The notes beneath the pieces were generated by a model. That model did not search any database and was not told the DNA's origin. It worked only from the letters and a program-made list of their open reading frames with translations. The position numbers were made by a program, and so were the translations under genes. From the NCBI GenBank assembly GCA_964234715.1, contig OZ174278.1: a DNA stretch of 64,000 nucleotides. One strand, written 5' to 3'. Source of the DNA: Podarcis melisellensis. Its lineage: Eukaryota. This document shows, piece by piece, positions 1 to 14,052 of the stretch (its first letter is position 1; each line of letters starts with the position of its first letter).

Positions 1-1440
1 ACGTGGCTGGGTGAAAGTTCCACATTTGTACTGTGAGAAGCGGACAGCCAGGGAGTCATGCTAGGGCTGGAGGTGGAAGGGAATAGGGAAAATTGACTAA
101 ATTTGCCACGACAGATCGCAAAACAGTGTGAATTTATGAGGGAAAGTATTTTGCTTCTGCACTAGGGTTCTTTGGTGCTGTTGAGGTATTCCTCTTCCAC
201 AATCAGCTGGAAGGGGTATATGAAAGAAGTTTCACTTGAAACTACATAATGCTATAATCCCCATTACAATTCTGCAGTGCCCATTGCTTGTTGTCAGGGC
301 CCACTCTAGCTGGGGTGTCCCCCCTCACTCACAGAGCCAATAGACACCATCTGCCCTACGAGGAGGAAAAAGAGGGCAAAGACAACCTCAGGGCTTGCTC
401 TAGGTGGAGCACCCAGGGCCCAGACACAAAACACCCGTGAGGAGGAAGAAGAGGGTGAGGCACAGAGAACATGAGGTCAAGCAGTCTTCCCACCCCCCAT
501 GCCAACTTTACATACTGTATCATTTGTTGTAGGCCTTTTAAACTGTAAACCACCCTGGGTGCTTGGGCAGAAGGACAATGAGTGAATAAATTAAATAATT
601 TTGCACACAGAAGATAGTTGTTGACAATCTCCAGTAGTAGATGATGCGAAATATTCCTTCCTGAGATCCTGGAGAGCAGCTGACAGAGTAGAAAATATTG
701 GGACAGACAGCAGAAGCTGCCTTCTACTACTTCAGATCATTGGTGTACGTGGCTCAAGTTGCTACTCTGAGATTGGGGTTAGGGTGCAGAGAAAGGAAAA
801 GTTGAAATGTCTGTATTGAAATGACTTCCCAAAAACACAACCAAGGGTTTTGGGGGTCAGGAAAAGGATAGAAAATTTATTTTCAGCCTTGTGATTGAAA
901 GGGCACACAAAAAAGCTGGAAGTGTTTCCAGGAGGCAGTTCCTCTCATGCTGGTTTGATCAATGATTTCTACTGGGTGTAGAGAGAAAGAGAAATTGCCT
1001 TCTTAACTATCAGGTGCGTTCTTCATGCAGCACCTTCTCCTGCAGTCGTCTCTTGCAATGTATTTGCGCTCTGCTTATTGCACAACAATGTATATTATTA
1101 ATTAATTAAATCTGTATACTGCCTTTCATCTGTAGATCGCAGGGCGGTTCCCAACATAAAAGTTGTGCATTAGTTGTGGTCAACCTCTGACTGCAGGACT
1201 GCAAACAGCCTGGGGATTGCTTCCAGTGTACAGTAAATTCAGGCCATTTTCCACACATGGTTTACAGAATGCACAAAGTGAAGCAGGTGGCAAGGGACTT
1301 GATGGATGGAGTTGGTAGAGGAACTCTGAAAACCACCACCATATTTAGCTTTTAATCAAATTACAATTGTTGGAAAGTAACAAATTAGGTATATCATAAT
1401 AAGTAGTTAATATGCAGCTATCTGCCTCATAACACAGTTA

Positions 1441-1548
<108 letters not shown>

Positions 1549-1579
1549 TTATCACAGAGATTCAAAATTATGTTGTTTA

Positions 1580-1750
<171 letters not shown>

Positions 1751-4700
1751 CTATCCACAAATGTCAAATTTATAAGCTAAACCACTATTTTAACCAACCA
1801 TTTCCTTCTTTCAATTTATTAAACAAACTAATTTTGCTTCAATATTAAGATCATATTTCAAATTGCATGCTTAAGAATTTGAGATCATGCACTATGCACG
1901 TTACAAAAAATTAGTGCTTCTGGAAAATTCTGGGATTCCTGAAAGTGAGCAATAAAGTTTGTAGACCGATGAATACAAATAGGAGAACATCTACTTACAC
2001 AGACAATAAAGATTTAGATTTTATTAAAACTATGGAAATGCATTAAATTGTTTGGTTTTATTGTTTTACTTACTCTTCCATATACATTTATCAGATTATC
2101 AGATTAATTGTAAGTAGAGTTCTTTTCACACAGAAGTGCTAATTTTATATTAACATGCTCTCTAAATTTCAGACAGTGTGTAAAGATCTGATGACAGAGG
2201 ATTACTTCACGGCACACTATAAAGCCACCACCATAATTCAAGCATTTAATAAAATATGACTCTAGTAAAGGTTCTCAATTTTCCTTATGTTTACTGCAAT
2301 GCGATCTCAAAGCACTGTCAATTGCTATGATACAGCAAATCATATTAACAACCCTGTCCTTACTTGTGGCCAATAATGACAGGTTTCTGGTGTTTTAATA
2401 ATTTCTGTAGAAAACAATTGTCTGTTGAAGGATTTAGGCCAATTGTAAGGATATATTTGAATAACTAAATTATGATGATGCTAATAGTGAAGAAGCCATT
2501 CTATTAAACATTGTCTATTCTATGATTTTGAAAAAAAAAGAGGACCTAACAGTATGCATGGCTTAATTTTAATCAATTTATTAGAGTACCGTTTTAAATT
2601 TAGATTCAGAACCAGAACATCCAAACATTTTTTCAGTCATATGTCCCCGAAAAGCTGGAAATATGTATTTCCAGGACAGGACAGTCAGTGGGCGGATCCG
2701 GACTAACTGCAGGTGTAATTCTGTCCATAGTACTCTCCTGCTAGAGGAAATTATTTTTGTCATTTGTCAGTTTTCCCATTCTCTGCCTTCCTCCCAACAA
2801 GCTGCTCTGCAGGACCAGGGAAGCCTCGGAAGAGCATGAGGAGGGGCAGGGAGGGTTGCAGAGGGAGTGGGGAAATGAATGACAATTCCCCCCTCCCCTT
2901 CTTCCAAGGGAAATCTCCGCTGGATCTCAGCCCATTTTGGCCAGCTGAGGGTCCCCTCTCATTTGTGGAAGGCCACGTTTGGACCAAATCTATCTCCAGA
3001 TACAGAAATATTATGTCAAGAATGTCAGGAAGCTTTCAGGGTGTTTTTTTTAAAATAAACCCCACACACCATATAGCTGCTACGGTGGCAGAGGTGTCCC
3101 TTGAGATCAAAAGGTGGGGCATAAACACTTGATGAATTAAAAGCCAATATCTACTTCAGCAAGCGAAACATTTTAGTTTCAAAAACATTTCCAGGCAAAT
3201 TCCAGGTATTTTTTGATAGGGTATTAATATTTACATCTTTAACATTTATTCAGAGCTATCCTTAAACATATCTCAAGAACTTATATTGCCATGTACCAAG
3301 AATGTGTGTCAGTTATATCCTCAGGTTATTAAAATCAAAGAGCTTGTTCTACAATATCCCACCTAAGTCAGTAACTAGGAATATTAAGTCCTAAAAAATT
3401 TTCCCTTCTGAAAAACTTCACTCCAGCTCCCCAAAATAATATATCATGCTAATAAGAACAAAAATGGTCACCCGGTAGTATTTTTCAGGCCCTTGCTATA
3501 TTTGCTAAGAGTAGAACCACCCTTAGTAAAAACAGAACACAGTTCCTTAACTACAAAACAAACAGAATAAAACATTCTGGTAAATAATCACGACCACTAA
3601 TAATTTCAGGGTTTCCAACAGAAATGAAGAAATGACTTTTTAAACACGAATTTAGGAGTACATGGACACATTTACAGACTGAACTTTTAAACACTTCTAC
3701 ACTTCTAGCTAATAAAGCAAAGGAGTTATTGAAAGGAAACCGTAAGAAGCAAATAAAGAGGCATTGTCACTTGACAGGTTACTTACATGCACAGAGGCCA
3801 TTGGGATTAAGACAGCATGAAAAATGTACAGGGGTCATTGAAATATGGCTCATAATATATTAGTAAAATAAAAGTATATGCACAAAATAAACTTCACCAT
3901 GCAATAGTCTAAACACAAGGCAAATAAATCACGTTAAATGATAAGCATGTTTTATAAAAACTTGGCTCTGTCCTGTAAGTTGCTGCCATTGGCATTACCA
4001 GATGAATAATTGGATATGCCTATGGTCTGGTATTTAAAGAAAAGAAACCCACAACACTTGGCCTTTATAAATTCAGGGTTGTATCCAATGCTTCTGTGTG
4101 CAATTGGAAATCCACTCACAGAGCACTAGATTCCACTCTTACTTTATAATTTTAAAATAAAACTTAGAAGTAATAACCTGCACTTCAAATTAGCTGTAGA
4201 TATTGATGGGCAAGAATGAGACTCATGGCCAGAATTTCTAAAATAACTAGGATAAAAAGGAATTCAGAGATAGCAGAAATAGGAGAGAAGGTAGGAAATA
4301 CTGCCTATACACTATAAATACAGGGTTGAATTCCATGGTGTCCTTCCATTCAGGGAACAGTTTGATCTAGAGGACTATTTCCTCCCCATTTTTTGTAGGA
4401 TAGAATGCCCTTTCCCCCTGAATGCTTAAATCCACTTCACAGACTTATAAGGATAATTCCCTCTTCTCTTCTTGCCAGTGGAGCTCTCTACTATATCAAA
4501 GATGCTTCTGCAAAAGGAATGATTCCTTCCAATTGTGGAAATGCACCATTGGATACCACTCAAAGGGAGGAGAAAAATAACCGGTTTGAATTTTGGAACT
4601 GATTTTAAAGAGCTTTCCTTTCCTTGTGAAGTATGTGTCTAGCCATCTGGTTTGTTTGGAGGACACCATTTATAAGTTGCATTTTTAAAAAATTAAAAAA

Positions 4701-7325
4701 CACATTACTAACAAGGCAGCAACATGCCTCCCCATCAGTATTGAGAATGAGATGTTGCACATGTGCAAAGGTTGAGTAATTGAAAGGAAAAGGTGGAACA
4801 ATGGGGCGTGAAAGAATTAAGGAAGGAAGGGTTCAGAGGTGGTTTTAGCAACTGGTCTGTACACTACAGATTCCATAGCATTTTTTAAAACCCAAATATA
4901 TTAAAAACATACAGATTGAGGGGTCCTGACAATCTCTATGGTAGCAGCAAAGCACAAAGAACTCTGGATTTATTTTGGTGGATTCATGTCACCCAGAAAG
5001 TTTCTGCTATCGGCCAACAGTTTCAAATTATCTTTGATAAGAGACTGTAGTAGGGACAGGACCACTCATTCAGCCAAAGCACAAGAAACAGGCAAGAAGA
5101 TAATGACACACAAATCAGGTATCCAAGTCATGTGACTCCATTTTTGCCTATGCACTTACTTGTTATTGCCTCAGATTTAAAATACATGTACAACTACCTA
5201 CAATTTATTGTGACTCATCATCATAATAAATACTAGACTCCTCCTAGATTCCATAAATTATGAATGGACCAATCCCCACCAAACCTAGAATATTAGGAGA
5301 ACTGGGGGCATGAAGTACGGTAGTTCAAATGAAGTACTGTTAAATCCCATTCATTTCAGAGGGTGAGTTAAGCACATGCTTAAATCTCTCTGCTGAAATC
5401 AATCGCACTTAACACCGTTTACCTCAGATAGATTGGGCCTTTCCAATTTGAAACATTTACTGTTTGAATTTTATTCCTGTTACCTTAAACACATTTGAGT
5501 TTTTCATAAGACTCTATGCAAGGAAATGCACCCCACCGGCAATATGAAGAAATTTCCAAATTGCCTGCCCATACTTTGACAAATTCCACATTTTAATGAG
5601 CATGCTTTGGAATATGGTGATTTCTGCATTAGATGGTTCAAATTAAAATGCACTAATCCTAAGATCATTTAGAAGGAAGTCACACTGAATTCACTGCCTC
5701 TGATTGTATTGTAATAGTTTTTTCACAAAACAGATTCATCTAGGTAATGGTCCATTTTGAAGTACATTATTGTGCTTTATATTGGTAACTAACACAGCAG
5801 AATAGTACTGTATTGTGTGAGAAAATCCACTTCAGGAAAACATTCACAGTAGATTTCAATCTATCATTCAGGTGACACGAGTTTGCAGGCCATGGGGGAA
5901 CTGCTTGTGGTCTCATATGAAGATTTAATGTTATACACAGGAGCTAATCACCACACAATGGAATATGTATGCAGACTATATTTTCACACTTTGACTATTG
6001 CTGTTAATCTTCAACTTGTTTTTGTAAAAAACTTAAATATTTTTAAAACAAACAAACAAACAAACAAACAAACAAACAGGCACAGTCCTAATTTTAGGAG
6101 CTTGGAGCAAAACATATAGAATAGAAATATGATAATAAATAAATATGAAAGGAACTTTTGTCTTTAATATACAAGCAACCCTTATGAATATTTGCATTGT
6201 CCTTTTCTATTTGTCAGTGTAGCTATGTGTAGCTTGACTATAAAAAATATCCGTTCTGTTGCACCAATGGATGCCCACTCACAATACATTGTATCTAATG
6301 CTTAGATACTATTTCCAACTCTGCATAAGACACTGAAGGACAAAGTGGGAGGAGTCCATGTTAGCATGAAAAGCAAGGGGGGAGGATTTACAGGAATTTT
6401 CACTGCTGCAATCATATAATATATTTTAGAGAATGGCCCCCAAATGTAGAGTCTGGGGGGTGTGTGTCTCAAAATGTGTGCACAGTTCTGGTGAAATATT
6501 TCCAAATTTGGTGAGAACTTGGAAATGTCACATTCAAGATATCGAAACTCCTCAGTCATGTTCATTGCTGCTCTCCTCCCCTGCCCCACAACAGCAACTG
6601 TACCTAGGTTGTCCCAAATTTCCCACCCTTTCTTCTATAGCCCTTTCCCAAACTCCTTAAAAACAAAAATCCCTTCCTTCAACTATAGCAAAGGAATGAA
6701 AAATGTACAACAAATTGTATACAGTATTTAAGCAAGTTCCAGAATTTGGAAGTGCCCTATAACGCTTAATTGTCTGAGTGTCAGAGTACCACAATACATT
6801 TTCATCACAAATACAGTGCCCACAGTCACTTTAGACCGAAATGTCTTAACACAAAAACTTAAAATATAACCCCCCAAACGCAAACATACAGTAGATGAAA
6901 ATATGCATAATTTTCAGTTGCATTGTAATGAAATCCATGATGTACCCAGTCTCTCTCTTTTTGCTAATTCACTTTGCTAATTTCACCTCAGATGTGAGAA
7001 GCATCAAATGTAATAAATTACACTAACTCTCAAAAGATATGCATAATGTTAAACTTATTAAAACTGTTTTATTTCTTGAGAGCACTGTATTTTCTTGGAA
7101 GTTCAACTGCATATGCAAATTCTGTACAGCTGCAAAAACATTCTTGTACAACATCTCAGATTACCTAACACTGTCTCCAAGATGCAGATCTTGCCCCAGA
7201 TGCATCAGCACATTTTCCATATTCAACTTATGCTAACCATTGCTTTTCCCATATATTGTTTATTCACCAGTATCTGTTTAGCGCTTATGCTTTCTTACGC
7301 TTCAATGTCTGGATTTTTTAAGTTA

Positions 7326-7592
<267 letters not shown>

Positions 7593-8624
7593 CTAAATGA
7601 AGCAATGTTAATATTTATCTTTAACATAATCTCCCCCACCATTTATTTTTTTGGCAGGACAGATTAAAATTCATTTCCCAGCTTTCACATTGGAATTTTT
7701 GATGACCCTTTTCAAAGCACCAATTCCTTGTTTACCGCACCAGCAGCCACCATGGAGTCAAATGAGTTATTGCTGCTTTAAAAGATAGCTGCAGCTGCTG
7801 AGAGGAGCTAAGGCAGGGGCGAAGCAGCACTTTGACAGCTGAGGCTCTTTTCATCTGTCACAGCACAGGGCATGGCAGAAGGTACTCCAGTTTCTCAAAG
7901 CCTCTCATCCTGCCATGGCTACCGACTGTCATGACTGATGACAGGAGGGAGCTCCTGGGGCAACTCTCATGAACACAATCCTCCAATAGCAGGGTGATCT
8001 GTAAACCAAACTTAAATTACATGACCTTCATAGTCTAAACACGAAGGAAGGCCTTGATTTCATTCGCATTGCCAAAAGCAGGATGGACTGCTGCTTAATC
8101 CATAGTGGTCCAGTTTGTTCCACCTGGTCATTTAGTGCAACATCAGCCACAATTTGGGTACAGAGTACATCTCTGATCTCTACAGTGGTAGCCTTCCTTT
8201 TAGTAGATAACCAGTACAGACTATATCCACATATAGGATAAGGCTGAGACTGAGATTTTATCTTAGAGACTTCCTAATTACAGACCTGGTCTTCAGGTTT
8301 GCTATTATCAAGCCTTTAGCAGGAACTTCATGGCTGCTATGACAATCATTTGGCCATGCTGATATGTTACAAACCCAGATAATGGCCTAAGATTATATGA
8401 TGCATTTCTGCTACTGAAGTCTAACAAGTATCTTAATAAAAATTTATAAAAAAAAAAAATGAAGTCTAACAAGTATGATATTGGAAGCTGCCTTGGTGGG
8501 GTGCTGACTAAGAACCATATATAAGTTGCCCTGAGCTCCTCAGAGGAAGACTAGGGTGTAAGTTTAATTAATTAATTAGAAACCACACACAGAAGGCAGG
8601 ATATACTCTTGATTAAGTGTTCTG

Positions 8625-8709
8625 TAGCAGGAGGCAGTGGAAGACAGAAGTGCCTGGCGTGCTCTGCTCCATGGGGTCATGAAGAGTTGGACATGACTAA
8701 ACAACAACA
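8625..8709 (+). mobile_element. Bov-B/RTE LINE 3' end
   Basis: GCCTGGCGTGCTCTGCTCCATGGGGTCATGAAGAGTTGGACATGACTAAACAACAAC matches the Bov-B 3' tail. Confidence 0.8.
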
Positions 8710-10173
8710 GCGTCCTAGATTTAGGTAGCCAGGGTATGAGGGTATCGTTGTAATACATTTTGTCATGAATTGACCATAACCTTATGTAGGCCTGAGTAGT
8801 CTCAGTTCATGCTCTTTGCAGTACGTCTCCAGAAGCTGATGGATCCTTTGGCGTACAGAATTATTTGGAAGATTTATCCATTGACACTAAAGGTCACTCT
8901 GGTGACAGAATGATTGATATATGAAATCAAAAGTTGAGTATGGCTACAATGCTGTGGCAGCTAGGCATTCTCTTCTCACACTTTTGTAAGGTGCTACTCC
9001 TTGGTAACTAAATTGCTAAGAAACTTATAGCAGCAGGAAAAGCAACTGAGGGCAAGCAGTGTCAGATTCAGGCCAAATCAAACTAAGCACAACACAAATA
9101 TCATTTGAAGGTCATGCCATGGGAGTGAAACAAATGCCATGCCATCTGGTGAAGCTCTTCTGCGTAGGCAAGGGGTTGTTGCCCTTTCTGGTTGGTCACT
9201 TATGTGAACTAACTGCAGTTTGTTATGGACTTGCTTTGCAAGGCATTTGCAGAAAAACAACATTGTCTTCAATCTGATCTGGACACTGCTACTACATGAT
9301 AGTATCCAAACAGAGGCACTGAAAGTATCCTCTTATTTGTCCGATGCCAACATGGTGTATGGGAAAACGTTAGCAACCATTTACACTAAAAGGAAGAGCA
9401 GGTTGTTGAATGGGATTACCAATACATTTTTAAATTAGAGAAAGCTGCTGCTGCCTCAGATGACAGCAATAATAAAAGCCCTCTGAAGGCTAGTGTATAA
9501 GCAGATAATTTATACAGCTACTATCTAGTGTCTAATCTCACTATTATTTTAAAGATGGTGGGGAAAAATGGTTGCTGAATCACACAACTCTCCCCAATCA
9601 ATTTGTTTGGTTTAGTAGACCTGGCAGTCTAGCCAAGGAAGGGCAAATGCAACACCATTTTCAACCATAAATTTCTCATGGATTGTCCACAGCACTTGTT
9701 CAAAATATCAATGAAAAAACGTCATGGCAGCACTCATCTGCGTCTTCACTGAATTGTTGATAGAAATGATTATGGAAGGCATATTTTGGTTTGTGGGGCG
9801 TCATATCCAATGGAATGGGTGTTCACCTTGTTATGAGACATGGTAAACACCCATTCCGTTGGAAACGACGCTCCACTTCCAAAACTACACTTCAGGTAAG
9901 ACCAATTTTTCTTTTCTTTGTCACAAAGAGGCTGCCTGAATAAGTTCCACAGGGACTGATCTTATCACTGCAGTGTTACCACCACTTACCTCTCCCAGGA
10001 CTAGTCTCAGGATATATGTGCATGTTCTTGCTATAACAGTGTATGTGTGTTTTGAGCACTAGACTGAATGACCAATTTAATTGACTAAATCAAACACCTT
10101 TTTTTGCCAGAAAAAAGGGAACAAATGTTTCAAATCGTATGCACATTTTGACAGACCAATTTATTTTAAATTA

Positions 10174-10404
<231 letters not shown>

Positions 10405-11349
10405 CTATAAAACAGGAGTTTGTGAAAACAATGCGATGTTAATATGGTTAGAACTGACAGGTGAAATGTTACTCTATAATCTAACTATCAATGTTTGCAT
10501 CCAGGCTTGGGAAGATACCAGTATTAGACATAAGAATGACGGCTGAAAACAAAACAGAAAAAGCTGGAAAGAACTGTGGTGATGATTTTGATGAAGCCTT
10601 TAATTGGAGTGCTTTAACATTCCATTGAAACTTTGAAATTCTACTTCACCTCTTTGTCTGTTTGCATTAAAATATTGTTACTAGTTACTCAAAATATGAA
10701 ATAGAAATATGTATAACTTAATGGACAATACCTTAACTAACAAAAACTTTAATTCAGAAGATGAAAAATAATAATGCACACAGTGCATCTTTACTATGTG
10801 CTGAACACAAGCTATATTACTAGGGGCATATCTATAGGCAGCTTCCTGTGTTCTAAATCTTTCATTTTTATGTATGTTAAGATTCCATTTGACCCAGACC
10901 CTGGAGGAAGAGGACTGGGACCCCACGGCAGATCCCACCCCAACTGAAGACCTCAAGCAACTGACAGAAAGCCAGTCTATAAAGCCCTGTTTCAACGATT
11001 CCTTGTCTGGGCTCCCCAAAAACTTCCTCAACATCATCTCAAGTCCTGTCTTAATCCTCAGTTCTCCCTCATGCACCTCCAGCCTTCAGGAGTCATGACA
11101 GCTGTAGACAAGAAGGACAGAATCATAGAAGGAATGCCTAATTTTGCTGTCAGATGGAAAGAGGTCTACTGAGCGAAGGAAAAGATCTAGCCCTTAGATT
11201 CAACATGTATTGTATTAAATATATATACTAATTTAAAATCTGGAATTTTTGGTTGTATTTTCCCAAATCTTGGGATTATTTTTTTTAATAAAGATGCTAC
11301 TATTTTTGAAATTGATGAGTTACTTTGAAATAATTTGTTGTTCAAGTGA

Positions 11350-12700
11350 TGTTTTGGAATGAATTGCAAGCAGACAATACAGGATGCAAAGAATTTTTTT
11401 GAGAAGCGTATCACTAAAAACATTAAGAGCAACCATTTAAGGAAAAAAGACATTAGAAGTAGGACACCTGCTACACAGGCAGTTGGACCTTTGGAAGACA
11501 GGAAAGTTAAAGAAGTATTAACAGGAAGAAAAGGAAATCGTGAAGAAGCTGAATGAATTCTTTCCATCTGTTTTCACTGTGGAAGATGTAGGACAGATCC
11601 CTGTAGCTGAACTAACTTTCTCAGAAAGGGAATTTGAGGAACTGTGCCAAACAGTGATGATAAGAGATGGAATTCTGGGTCTTATTGACAAATTAAGTTA
11701 AAGGTAAAGGGTCACGACTTGACCATTAGGTCCAGTCGTGACCGACTCTGGGGTTGCGGCGCTCATCTCGCTTTATTGGCCGAGGGAGCCGGCGTACAGC
11801 TTCCGGGTCATGTGGCCAGCATGACTAAGCCGCTTCTGGCGAACCAGAGCAGTGCACGGAAACACCATTTACCTTCCCGCTGGAACGGTACCTATTTATC
11901 TACTTGCACTTTGACGTGCTTTCAAACTGCTAGGTTGGCAGGAGCAGGGACCGAGCAACGGGAGCTCACCCCGTCGTGGGAATTCGAACTGCCAACCTTC
12001 TGATCGGCAAGTCCTAGGCTCTGTGGTTTAACCCACAGAGCCACCCGTGTCCCTTATTGACAAATTAAAAACAGACAAATCCCTGGATTCAGGTGATATC
12101 CATTTTAGGAGTTCCTAAGAACTCAAACATGAAATAGCTGATCTAACAAAAATCTGTTAACACCTCCAAGATCAGCCTCTGTACTTGAGGACTGGAAAGG
12201 ACCAATATTGCATCTGCAAGGGTACCTTCTGTCTAACTTAAAAGTTATTTGAGAGTGTCAGTAATCATACGGAAGGACTTATCTAGGCTATACTGCATAC
12301 TTCGACTTTAAAAAAACTTTTTGATGGAATTTGTCATCAACGGAATCTGAGTACTTTTAGCAGTCAGTCATGGGATGAGAGGACAGGTCTTTTAATGGAT
12401 CGGTACCTGGCTGAACAGTAACAAGTCAAGAAGGAAGACGAAAGTAGAAAAAAGGACAGTTCTCACAATGACAGGATGTGAGGTCCCCAATATTGGGACC
12501 AGTGCTTGTTTTAACTTTGTCATGATGTAGAGTTACAGGTGAGTAACGAAGTGGCCAAGTTCGTCCAGGGTGGTAAGAACAAATGGTGAGGCGCTCCAAA
12601 CAGATATCTATTCAAACTGGGTGAATGAGCATTAAAATGGGAAATGAAACTGAGGGTAAGCAAATGTAAACTGAAGCACATTCAGACAAAAAAAATATGA
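11350..12700 (+). mobile_element. Decayed CR1 LINE ORF2 fragment, interrupted by a Sauria SINE (ends approximate)
   Basis: Frameshifted remnants IRSRTPATQAVGPLED, KLNEFFPSVFT, LIDKLKTDKSPG and VLEDWK, typical of CR1 ORF2. Confidence 0.8.
11697..12053 (-). mobile_element. Sauria SINE, full length
   Basis: tRNA-like head GGGACACGGGTGGCTCTGTGGGTTAAACC, ACCTTT-type tail, 15-bp TSD TTATTGACAAATTAA (11682-11696 and 12054-12068). Confidence 0.92.
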
Positions 12701-12739
12701 CGACACACAATTGCTTCTTTGTAATATCTGAATCAGGGT

Positions 12740-13481
12740 CTAGATTGGTGTTTGAATGCCGTGAGTGGGCTGCATGAGGACACATAAACAGAGCTCAAAT
12801 CCTATGTCTATTCCTCGACTGAGATAGCTTGGCCACTGTGGGTATGGTCCTGGTACCCAGAAGACTGGACTACTACAGGGTGCTCTATGTGGGGCTGCCC
12901 TTGAGCTTAGTCTGGAATCTGCAGCTGTTGCAGAATATAGATGCTAGGTTGCTGACTGGGACACCCTGTTTACACCACATAAACCTCTGCCACGGTACTG
13001 CACTGACTACCAATATGCTATTGGGATCAGTTCAAGGTTTTGCTTTCACCATGTAAAGTCCTAAACAACTTGCCTCACCCCATATATCTCTGCCTTGGAA
13101 CTACACTCTTCAGATAGAGCACTGCTAAAAGTATCACATACCCCAGAGGTGTGATTAGTATGCAGTAGAAACTAGGCTTTTAGTGTTGCAGCTCCAGCCC
13201 TTTGGAATCAGTTACCATTTGAAATCAGACAAACACCTAGCTGTTTTTATATTTAACTAAAGAGAGTTTTGTTTTAAAAGGCTTTTCATGAAATGTGACC
13301 CAGCCATTTTGTGCAATAATAACTGTAACTACAGAACTGGTTTTATTGTCCTTTGTTCATGGTGTTTGTAATACTTATTATTATTTTATTGTATAACACT
13401 TCAGTAATTTTTTGTTGTGAAGCAGTTTATAAACCTGCAAGCAAGCAAGCAAGCAAATAAATAAATAAATAAATAAATAAA
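12740..13481 (+). mobile_element. L2-like LINE 3' fragment with (AATA)n tail
   Basis: RLDYYRVLYVGLPL...LQLLQNIDARLLTG resembles the L2 ORF2 RLDYCN...LQxVQNAAARL block. Confidence 0.75.
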
Positions 13482-14016
13482 TTCTAAAGGTATTGCCAAA
13501 TATTATCAGGATACCTGAGTAATAATCATAAATAAAAAATTCCAGCTTGTAAGAACTGTCCCTTAATCATCCCCTCCTCAGCATAATGAAACTTAAGAAA
13601 ATCTAGTATTTATTAAGACCAAAATACTCAAGAATGCACAACTACCACACATGAAAAACTGTTATGTATAGTAAATGCCTAAATATTATTTTCAGGGCAG
13701 CAAACGACAACCATGAAGATGCAATGAAAACGAAACATTAGAAGAATGATGGCATCAACACATCACATGGTCCTGAATCTAGCTACTATTAGAAATTATA
13801 ATAAAAGTTGTAATAAAAAAAATATACAACTACATTTCAGGTCACAGGAAAATGGAACTATGATGAATCAGCTAGGTGAGTAAAACACAAAATGGGAAAC
13901 GTTTTTAGAGTTAAAGTCAGCACATCATGGAATACCACATTTGAGATGGTAAGGAGCGATTGCTACAAACTAAAGGTGCTAAATTAGGAAAGCTTCCACG
14001 TAGAATAGCTATTCAC

Positions 14017-14052
14017 CTGTCGTCCTTTTGGTTGTGTTGTTGATGGCAAGTC
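14017..14052 (-). CDS. CASK: CASK exon 20, alternative (DLPSTTQPKGRQ)
   Basis: 36 nt, CAG/GTGAAT, phase 0-0. Confidence 0.94.

Noticed and set aside
10885-11345. Compositionally distinct segments upstream of the CR1 fragment
   Set aside because: Possibly TE-derived, but I could not find termini, a TSD or protein similarity
11719-12003. Similar ORFs at 11719, 57401 and 61863
   Set aside because: Translations of non-coding Sauria SINE copies
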